Of a stretch of DNA of 64,000 bases, positions 55,919 to 64,000 are shown piece after piece. The notes beneath the pieces were generated by a model. The model worked only from the letters and a program-made list of their open reading frames with translations, was not told the DNA's origin and did no database searches. Made by a program: the position numbers and the translations under genes. The stretch is from positions 35,472 through 99,471 of the forward strand of contig CAWGIE010000003.1 in NCBI GenBank assembly GCA_963822585.1, read 5' to 3'. Positions within the stretch are counted from its first letter, which is position 1. Each line of letters opens with the position of its first letter. Source of the stretch: an uncultured bacterium. GTDB lineage: Bacteria; Auribacterota; Erginobacteria; Erginobacterales; Erginobacteraceae.

Positions 55919-57658
55919 ATGCTAACGGCTGCCTCGATAAATCGCCCTTTCCGGAAAAGCATCTGGGCGACGGTCATTCTGATCACATTCGCGGGTATCG
56001 CGGTCTATTTTACCTCCCTGCCGGGCGCTTTTATCTGGGATGATGTCCATTTCATCAAGGACAATGTCTATCTGCGCAGTCCCGCGTATCTTCCCCGGAT
56101 CATAACCGGTGACGTGGCCGCCGGTTCCGGGGAGAAGTATAACTATTACCGCCCTCTGACCACCGTCACCTATCTGGTCGATTACGCCCTCTGGCGGCTG
56201 AACCCCATCGGTTATCACATCTCCTCCGTCCTTCTCCACATCCTGGTCGCTCTTGCTGTTTATTGGCTGCTTCTCCTGCTTTCCCGGGACCGTCTGCTCT
56301 CTCTTGTTGCCGCCCTGCTCTATGTTCTGCATCCCATCCAGACCGAAACAGTGGCCTACATATCCGGTCGCCCCGATTCCCTGGCGGCGCTCTGCCTGTT
56401 GGGCTGTTTGATCAGCTATCTCAAAAACCTCGGCTCTCGGCGTCTCTCATTCTCCATCCTGACGATAGTATTTTATCTCCTGGCCCTCCTATCGCGCGAG
56501 AACAGCGTCATTCTCCCCGCCCTGATTCTGCTCTATCATGCCGCCTTCAGGAAAAAAATGGACTTCCCGGTCTTCCTGATCCTGGCGGGGATGGCTGCCG
56601 GCTACGTTCTCCTCCGGGCTTTATTAATGGACCCGGCCGTTGTACCCACCACTCTTTCGGAACGGCTGCCCGGTTTTTTCGCCTCGCTGACCGGCTACCT
56701 GAAGCTGGTTCTCATCCCGATGGACCTGCACCAGGAGTATGGTTTCGTACTCTTCCGGCCCGATGACCTCCGTGTCCTGGCCGGGATGCTGCTCGCGGCC
56801 GCCCTCCTGGTGATTGCTCTCCGCGGCGCACTCCGGAAGCGGGGCAGCCTGGTTTTTTTCTCCATCGGCTGGTTTTTCATCGGCCTCGGTCCCGTCAGCG
56901 GGATCTATCCCATCAAGACCTATATCGCCGAGCACTGGCTGTATCTTCCCTCGATCGGGATATTTACTCTGCTGGCCGCTGGTTACGTTCCCCTCCTCCG
57001 TTCGGCAAGATGCCGTCTGCCGGCCCTGGTTGCAGGTTTGTTGGTGTTGATTTTCTACGGTGCTCTGACCGCCCATCAGAACTTCTATTTCAGCGATCCC
57101 CTCTCTTTTTACGAGCGGACGCTCGCCTATACGCCTTCCAGCGCCCGGATGCATAACAATCTCGGCAACATATACTTCATCCAGGGCCGCGTGGAAGACG
57201 CGGTCCGCTCGTACCGGGAGGCCATTGCTCTGGAGCCCGATTATCCCAATCCGTATAATAACCTGGGGAACGTCTATTATCATTCGGGGGAATTCGATCG
57301 GGCCATCCCCCTCTTCCAGCAGGCGCTGCGGCTGAACCCTTATTATGCCGCCGCCGATAACAACCTGGGGATCATCTATTGCCGTCAGGGGAGGATAGAA
57401 GAAGGGATTGCCCTGCTCCAGCGCTCGGCCGCCATCAATCCGCGGGATCCCGACACGTTCTATAACCTGGGCGTGGTTTATGATCTTAGCGATAAGCCGG
57501 AAGAAGCGGCGCGGGCCTACCGGGAATCGCTTCGCCTGATGCCGGACTCGGGGAGGACTCATGCCCGGCTATCGGAAACGCTCCGGCGCCTCGGGCGGGA
57601 CAATGAAGCGGAGTACCATCTTCAGCAGGCCCGGGAGCTCGATTATCCGAAAGAATGA
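55919..57658 (+). CDS. TMTC-like GT-C glycosyltransferase with C-terminal TPRs
   Basis: FIWDD, YYRPL, LHPIQTETVAYISGR, AEHWLYLPS, NNLG repeats. Confidence 0.85.
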   Translation: MLTAASINRPFRKSIWATVILITFAGIAVYFTSLPGAFIWDDVHFIKDNVYLRSPAYLPRIITGDVAAGSGEKYNYYRPLTTVTYLVDYALWRLNPIGYHISSVLLHILVALAVYWLLLLLSRDRLLSLVAALLYVLHPIQTETVAYISGRPDSLAALCLLGCLISYLKNLGSRRLSFSILTIVFYLLALLSRENSVILPALILLYHAAFRKKMDFPVFLILAGMAAGYVLLRALLMDPAVVPTTLSERLPGFFASLTGYLKLVLIPMDLHQEYGFVLFRPDDLRVLAGMLLAAALLVIALRGALRKRGSLVFFSIGWFFIGLGPVSGIYPIKTYIAEHWLYLPSIGIFTLLAAGYVPLLRSARCRLPALVAGLLVLIFYGALTAHQNFYFSDPLSFYERTLAYTPSSARMHNNLGNIYFIQGRVEDAVRSYREAIALEPDYPNPYNNLGNVYYHSGEFDRAIPLFQQALRLNPYYAAADNNLGIIYCRQGRIEEGIALLQRSAAINPRDPDTFYNLGVVYDLSDKPEEAARAYRESLRLMPDSGRTHARLSETLRRLGRDNEAEYHLQQARELDYPKE

Positions 57659-57781
57659 GTCTGAGAGAAAGACATACCCTGGACGACGACAAAGAAGTCA
57701 ATGGCGGTGGTTTTTATCCTTATTTAACATATAAGGTAAAGCGTCTGATGTTAAATAAGGATTATTTGAATTAGCGCACAC

Positions 57782-57880
57782 GGGAAACGGGAGACCATGA
57801 CCGACCCCGACAGCGGCATCACCGAGTATGAATATAACGCTGAGGGGAACCGGACGACAATGACCTATCCCTCCGGCTAT
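57782..57880 (+). pseudogene. YD/RHS-repeat gene fragment
   Basis: GKRETMTDPDSGITEYEYNAEGNRTTMTYPSG; similarity stops on both sides. Confidence 0.55.
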
Positions 57881-57978
57881 GAGATCTCCGCCACCTCTGT
57901 GTATCCCGTTTCCCGAACTTTGTTACCGCATACCCCGGGATTCCAGGTCGCGGATCTCTTCCCGCCAGGCCCTCCATT

Positions 57979-58830
57979 TTAAAGGGTGTGCTCACGGATG
58001 AAGGAGAGGTTATCGCGGAGGAGACGGAGAGTAAACTCCTCATCCCCGGAAGGAAAGTGGTCCGGCATCACCTCCAGGCAGAAATCGCCGGTATATCCCG
58101 CCGCCGCGACATGGCGAAGAAAAGCGGCGATGTCAAGCATCCCCGTCCGGAGTTCCAGGTGCTCCCGACCGTCATAGTTGGAGAGATGGATGTGCCGGAT
58201 CCGGCCCCGGAACCGGTCAAAGGCGGCGATCGGGTCGATCCCGCCCGTCCCCAGGTGGGTCGTGTCGAGGATGAGATGAGGGAACGGCTCCAGGAGGTCG
58301 AGATCACTGAGAGGGAAGCAGGACGGGGCGAGAAAATCCGGGATCAGCTTCCGGTACAACTTCCAGTTCCGCTCCGGAATATCGGGAAGCTTCAACCAGC
58401 GCGCCGCCCGTCCCCCCGGCTTGCGGTAACAGGGCATGTTCTCCACCAGGAGCAAAACATCGATCTCAGCCTGATATTTCCCCAAGTCTTCCTCCAGCCA
58501 GCGGCGGAAAGAACGGTCGGTGTAAAAAGGGGTATGAAGGACCACACTGTGCGCGCCGATCTCCTCCGCCAGCTTGACCGAACGCTTGATCCGGGATACC
58601 TCGTCTTTCTCCCAGCCGGGCGGATCGAGGAAAACAAAAGGGGCGTGAACGACCGGGACCGGCTGGCGATGCCGGTCCATCAGCTTTCTGATATAACCGG
58701 CATGAACGGTGTCAGTCCGGGCGTCAACGATCAGCTCCACGCCGTCGTATCCGCACCGGGCGGCCGTCTCGAAGACCCGGTCCATCCCGGAGTTGTTGAG
58801 AGATCCGCTGGAGAGTATTACCCTGTTCAT
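57979..58830 (-). CDS. Sugar phosphate isomerase/epimerase (xylose isomerase-like TIM barrel)
   Basis: GYDGVEL, VENMP, LDTTH, HIHLSN, LE motifs. Confidence 0.85.
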   Translation of the reverse strand: MNRVILSSGSLNNSGMDRVFETAARCGYDGVELIVDARTDTVHAGYIRKLMDRHRQPVPVVHAPFVFLDPPGWEKDEVSRIKRSVKLAEEIGAHSVVLHTPFYTDRSFRRWLEEDLGKYQAEIDVLLLVENMPCYRKPGGRAARWLKLPDIPERNWKLYRKLIPDFLAPSCFPLSDLDLLEPFPHLILDTTHLGTGGIDPIAAFDRFRGRIRHIHLSNYDGREHLELRTGMLDIAAFLRHVAAAGYTGDFCLEVMPDHFPSGDEEFTLRLLRDNLSFIREHTL

Positions 58831-59022
58831 ATTTTTTTCTTCACGGGGAAAGATGAAGCAAGCCAATGGACGACAACAAGCGGTTATATTATCTTGAATA
58901 TTAGGGAAGAAAAGAAAAAAATATGAGGGAAAAAGATTGTGTTGCGGCGATATATTTTATAATACAATGAACCATAAACCGGGATGAACCTGTTATTTCA
59001 AAACCATGCTCAGGTATGAACG

Positions 59023-60340
59023 CATGAAGCTGAAGGTGGTTATAACCGGTATTGTTTCTTTTCTGCCCTTGATCTCCCTCTCCTTTTCACTCTTCGCCGA
59101 TAATGGCAACTATCAGGATTTCCTGGTGGGTGACCGTGCCGCCGGGATGGGGGGCGCCGTCGCCGCCAGCACCAATGACCTTGACGCCTGCTATTACAAC
59201 CCGGGCGGCCTGGCGAATGTCACCGGGAGCCGGATCGCCCTTTCGGTCAGCCTCTACGGGATTTACCGGCTCTCGGTCGCGGACGGTTTGGGGCCCCATG
59301 AGAGCTATCACTCCCGGGAGTTCGAGAGCATCCCTTCCACCTTCGGCTCCATCCTCAAGGCCTCCGATACTCTGGCGCTGGCCTTCGCCGTTTTTACACC
59401 GGACGAGATCACCTACAACACCCAGCAGTCCTTCGAGAAGCAGCCCTATCTGCCCGGCCTTTACCGGTCCGATTACTACGCCAGCTCCCTGGATGACGCG
59501 ACGACCTGGATCGGTCCGTCGCTGGGCTTCAAGGCCGGCGATCGAATTTCTCTCGGGTGCGGGATCTACCTCGTCTACCGCTCGCTGAATAATAACCAGA
59601 ACTGGACTTATCTCTACACCACCGGGGACGGCCAGGAGGTGGTCAGGGTCGGTTCCCGTCAGTACCGGTACAATTACACCAACTACGGCCTGCTGGGCGT
59701 CTTCGGCGCCCAGTACGCCCTGACCGATAACGTTTCGCTGGGATTGACCGTCTATACCCCCACCGTCAACCTGACCGGGGAAGGATCGCTTTTTTACGGG
59801 GTGAGCCTCGGGGACCCGGAGGAGGATACCCTGGTCACCGCCGATAACATGACCAGCAAGAACCAGGTCCCGACCGAGATCATCGCCTCCGCGGCCTACC
59901 GCAAACCCAAACAGTTCACGATCGGCGTGGATCTCTCCTACCATCTTCCGACCAGTTACACCGAACTCCAGGGGCGGGACACCTGGTCGGGGGAAGAGAT
60001 CCGGATCGAAACCAGGCGGGAACCGGTGGTTAATCTCAACCTGGGAGGAGAGTACTATGTCGTTAAAAATTATCCTCTCCGGGCCGGTTTCTTCACCAAT
60101 CTGTCTTCATCTCCCCCGGTGGACGCGGAAGATCCCCGGGTGGGGAAGGAAAATATCGACATGTACGGAGTGAGCGCCAGCGTCGGCAATGAATCCGAGC
60201 ATACGACCATCAATGTCGGGGTCAATTATGTCTGGGGCAAGGGAAGGACGCTCGGAATCGGTGACAACTTTCAGCCCGTCGACGTGGCGGCGCGGGAATC
60301 CTATCTGTTTCTCTTCTTGTCGTCGGCTTATATTTTTTGA
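59023..60340 (+). CDS. FadL/OmpP1-like outer-membrane beta-barrel
   Basis: Signal peptide, GDRAAGMGGA, YYNPGGL, C-terminal YIF; start could be 59006. Confidence 0.75.
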
Positions 60341-60545
60341 CTTTATGCCGCCAAGACACAAAGCCACCAAGTAAGAGATAATCAAGCGAGGTCGTGTACC
60401 GTTTCGGAATTTTAAAAATGAACATTAATGTAAAAGACGATAATCCGATATGCGATTCCTGGATAAATATACCGTTTTGCTCAGTCCCGAACATGGAGCC
60501 AAAAAGGTTGACGTTGAAGGCGGTAACATCTTAGGGAGGTCGGAT

Positions 60546-61797
60546 ATGAAAGTTGTCCGCTGTCTTGCTGTTCTGGTTTTGATCGGTTTTGTGCCCGGGG
60601 CGGCCCCTGCCGGAGATGGTAATTACCAGGATTATATCGTCGGGGAGCGGGCTGCCGGCATGGGAGGGGCGGTCCACCGCCATCTGCAACTCGGTAGACG
60701 CCTGTTTCTATAATCCGGCCGGCCTCGCCCTGACGCCGGGGAGCACTATCTCACTCTCGGCCAGCATGTACGGGTTTTACAACTTCACGGTCAAGGACGG
60801 CTGGTTTCCCGATGAGGACGTGGACATCGATTCGTTCGTTTCCATCCCGACGACTTTCGGGTCCATTTACAAGCTGAACCAGGATACGGCGTTCGCCTTT
60901 TCGGCTTTCATCCCGGACCGGTCAAGCAGCAACGACCTGGAGACGTTCGAAAACACGTCTCACTTCTTCAAGTATAACAAGGATGATCAGACGCTCTGGA
61001 TTGGTCCTTCAATCAGCACCCGGATCACTCCCGAGCTCTCTGTTGGAGTTTCGGTTTTCGGCATTTATCGCACCTTCAGCTACTTCAGAGATTATTTATA
61101 TGGAGCAGCGGGAGGGGTCTCCTGGGATATTAAATACCATGATCTCAGCCTTCTCTCGGTACTGGGCGTCCGATATGACATCAACGAAAAATGGTCCGTC
61201 GGCGTGATGGTCCAGACGCCGGCGGTGCATCTGACCGGTGATGGGGAGTTTCTTTATAAAGTGATTACTCCGGACGGTGTTGTCGGCGAATATATTCCCC
61301 ATGGAGATACCAAGAACTCCCTCCCTACCGCGATCCGGGCCGGGGTAGGCTGCCAGGTTCCCCAGGAGTATGCCTTCGGTCTCGATCTGTCGTATCATTT
61401 TCCAACCGGTTTTGACCGCTTCACCGGAGAGGACACATCGGGAACGCGGGACTATTACCATCTCCAGCGGGAGGAGGTGTTTAATGCCAACCTGGGAGGC
61501 GAGTATTACGTGAAGGAACACTGGCCGGTCCGTCTCGGCTTCTTTACCGACCTCTCGTCCGCTCCCAAGGCGGAGCTGGCGGAGAACCCGGAAATTGAGA
61601 GCCCGCCGCATATTGACAAGTACGGGGTGACCGCCAGCATCGGCCGGGAGACGGAGCATACGACCCTTAACTTCGGTATCAATTATGTCTGGGGACAGGG
61701 CGACTTCTATGGCCTGGACGAGAAGGTCGCCTGGACCACGGTCAGTGCCAAGGAGACGTATCTCTATATTTTCCTGGCTTCATCATATATCTTTTAA
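60546..61797 (+). pseudogene. Second FadL/OmpP1-like paralogue, frameshifted as sequenced (extra C at 60674-60675)
   Basis: GGGAGG RBS; GERAAGMGGAV in one frame, TAICNSVDACFYNPAGL...YIF in the next; may be a sequencing error. Confidence 0.72.
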
Positions 61798-61884
61798 AAG
61801 GTCGCACCGCTTTCCGCTTGACCCGGTTACTCTATCGTGTAGTATAGGTAAAAGTTACCCGTTCGCGCTTCGCGCTGATTTTCG

Positions 61885-61940
61885 GTAGCCGCACCCTTCA
61901 GGGTGCGCAAGATCACGTTCCGATTTATCGGAGCGGCTAC
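61885..61940. mobile_element. REPIN-like pair of inverted GTAG-headed hairpins
   Basis: GTAGC-CGCACCC-TTCA-GGGTGCG ... CGTTCCGATTTATCGGAGCG-GCTAC. Confidence 0.55.
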
Positions 61941-62075
61941 CATTTGAATAACATTGATAGGAATTCGAAGCAGGAATTGTCTTTATAGCACCGCATTCGC
62001 TCCGGCGCCGCCGGAGCCGGTTATAACGTGCCCCGCCGGGCGCGGGGTTAATTTCTTCAGGAGAGGAGTGCAACC

Positions 62076-62879
62076 ATGGCAAAGAAGTTATTGTGGCTGA
62101 TTCTGGCCGCTCTTCTGGCAATTCCGGCCGCGGTCAATGCCCAGGTGTCTCCCGATTCCCGTCTCCTCCAGAGACCGGAGCTGGACGGGGCCAACGTTAC
62201 CGGAGCCTGGCTGAGAGGGGAAACACGGTATCAACACTGGAAGATCGGCGACGAAGTCAAGGCCGACTCCTTCGTGATCGGCCCCACCTTCGCGGCCCCC
62301 ATCGCCGATGATCTGGTCGAACTCGGCGGCCGGGTATGGCTGGATTATTTCGACCCCCAGGGCAGCAGCAACGAGTGGGGATTCAGCGATATCGATATCT
62401 GGGGCAAATACGTCCCCATCGACGATCCTTTCCTCCTCTCCCTGGGCATGCTCTTCACGTTGCCCACGGGCGCGGAGAAGGTCGTCCTTCCCAATGCCAC
62501 CGGGGAGTTCAATTTTGAAGTCTTTTCCGGTCTGCGTTATTACGCCACCGATGTCGTCGCCCTGATCGCTCACATGAACCTCCGCTTCAACTCCGACATG
62601 GACGTGCAGTATCAAGGAGTGAAGGGAGAGGTCGACGGAAAGGTCTCTTTCGGAATCGGCGGCGGCGTGATCTTCGAGGTTTCCCCCGGCTTTAACATTC
62701 TCGGACAGCTGGACCTCGAGACCGAACGCTACGAGGACCAGAAAAACAACATCGAGCTGACCGGCGGGATCGAGTACATGCTCAACGAGATGGTCAGCCT
62801 GAACGGCGGTCTCGGCGTCGGGCTGGATAAAGGGGCGCCCGAGTTCGAAATGATCGGCGGGGTCAACGTGCTGTTCTAA
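62076..62879 (+). CDS. Outer-membrane beta-barrel, transporter-like
   Basis: Signal peptide, G.SDI.I.GKY, TLPTG, amphipathic strands, terminal Phe. Confidence 0.7.
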   Translation: MAKKLLWLILAALLAIPAAVNAQVSPDSRLLQRPELDGANVTGAWLRGETRYQHWKIGDEVKADSFVIGPTFAAPIADDLVELGGRVWLDYFDPQGSSNEWGFSDIDIWGKYVPIDDPFLLSLGMLFTLPTGAEKVVLPNATGEFNFEVFSGLRYYATDVVALIAHMNLRFNSDMDVQYQGVKGEVDGKVSFGIGGGVIFEVSPGFNILGQLDLETERYEDQKNNIELTGGIEYMLNEMVSLNGGLGVGLDKGAPEFEMIGGVNVLF

Positions 62880-62981
62880 TTCATCGCAGCCCTGATTTTT
62901 CATGGAAAAAAAGGTTTGTTTCCATGAAAAATCAGGGCTGTCAGTTATCAAGCGGAACTGAAGGGTTTGCTTCGACTTCTT

Positions 62982-64000
62982 ATGGTGCATAAATACTATC
63001 ACAGTATATGGTTCTTCATGGCCTTGATCGTAGCGGGATGTGGAACTACAACCCCGCCGGGGCCTTTGGTGCTTCCGGCGCCGACGCCGGGCCTCTTCCC
63101 GACACCGTCCGCCGCCCCTTCCCTAACCCCGTTGTCGTGTACACCGGTTCCATCGGCAATCGAGCCCGGTGCCGGACCCCTGGCCCGGCTGCCGCTGACG
63201 CTGGTCGCCTGCTCGGATCGCGACGGCGATAATGAGATCTATCTGATTGATTGCTCTTCCGGTGAGATCCGGCAGCTGACCGACAACAGCGCTTCAGACT
63301 GTTTTCCGACATGGTCTCCGGACGGAGAGAAGATCGCTTTCGTCTCCGACCGGGACGGCAATCAGGAAATATACACGATGTCGGCGGATGGTGGCAACGT
63401 GGAGCGCCTGACCGACAACTCGGCACCCGACCTTTTTCCCGCCTGGTCGCCGGACGGCGGGTCCATCGCGTTTTTCTCCCGGGGTGAGAAGGGGGATAAT
63501 CTCTGGCTGATGGATCTCGCCGACAGGCACCTGCGTCCCCTCACTTCTTTCGAGGACGGCAACGGCGGAACGGTAACTTTCTCCCCCGACGGCAGCAAGG
63601 TTATCTTCGGCTTCGAGAGGATGAAGAAGTACAAGATATACATGCTGGAACTTCCCGGCGGGGAGCCGAAGGAGATCATCACCCACGCCCGGCCGGAGAG
63701 CCGCCTTTCCTGTATTTCCGATCCGGAAGGATTGGCCCTTCTTTATGTCTCCGGGCAAGGGAACCAGGAGGATATCTGGCTGAGTTATGTGGACGACGGA
63801 CGTTTTCAGCACATCACGAAAAACACCGCCCCCGACCACTCCCCGGTACTCTCCCCGGACGGCCGGGAAATTGTTTTCTCATCCTGCAGAAACGGTGATA
63901 ATTGGCAGCTGTATACCGTGAGCAGGAAGGGAAATCCGTCCGAGAACAAGGTCCGCCGGATCACCAACGACGGGTTTAATTATTATTACCCGGACGTGAA
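62982..64000 (+). CDS. Lipoprotein with TolB-like/PD40 beta-propeller repeats (runs off the window)
   Basis: Hand translation: MVHKYY...LIVAG|C, Pro-rich linker, SDRDGDNEIY, PTWSPDGEKIAFVSDRDGNQEIY; not in the ORF track. Confidence 0.85.
   Translation, partial: MVHKYYHSIWFFMALIVAGCGTTTPPGPLVLPAPTPGLFPTPSAAPSLTPLSCTPVPSAIEPGAGPLARLPLTLVACSDRDGDNEIYLIDCSSGEIRQLTDNSASDCFPTWSPDGEKIAFVSDRDGNQEIYTMSADGGNVERLTDNSAPDLFPAWSPDGGSIAFFSRGEKGDNLWLMDLADRHLRPLTSFEDGNGGTVTFSPDGSKVIFGFERMKKYKIYMLELPGGEPKEIITHARPESRLSCISDPEGLALLYVSGQGNQEDIWLSYVDDGRFQHITKNTAPDHSPVLSPDGREIVFSSCRNGDNWQLYTVSRKGNPSENKVRRITNDGFNYYYPDV

Overview
Bacterial core-genome window from a diderm organism, probably PVC-related (inference from ribosomal protein sequences, no rpmD in the spc operon and the folP-cdaA-cdaR-pdxJ-acpS-nnr order). 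Layout: accessory genes (1-7.1 kb; nitroreductase, POTRA protein, YfcE, ArsC-like, queuosine-salvage hydrolase); tilS-ftsH-folP*-cdaA-cdaR-TPR-pdxJ-acpS-nnr (7.2-18.6 kb); tRNA cluster Thr-Tyr-Gly-Thr, then tuf-rpmG-tRNA-Trp-secE-nusG-rplKAJL-rpoBC-rpsLG-fusA-tuf and the S10/spc/alpha operons (18.7-54.8 kb); envelope genes (55-64 kb). Most proteins are ordinary; the unusual signal is non-coding. (1) Partial tRNA copies beside tRNA-Thr and tRNA-Gly carry palindromic inserts placed exactly after TTC in the T-loop or anticodon loop, without target duplication. (2) Both tuf copies are preceded by a perfect 24-25 bp inverted repeat with a 68-nt loop that covers the Shine-Dalgarno sequence and differs compensatorily between copies. 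(3) A ~200-nt rod-like candidate RNA lies upstream of tRNA-Thr(GGT). (4) Several families of periodic inverted-repeat elements and triloop hairpins occupy many intergenic gaps, even inside ribosomal operons. No transposase or integrase gene is in the window. Two single-base frameshifts (folP, second FadL-like gene) may be sequencing errors. All calls were made by eye, without database searches.
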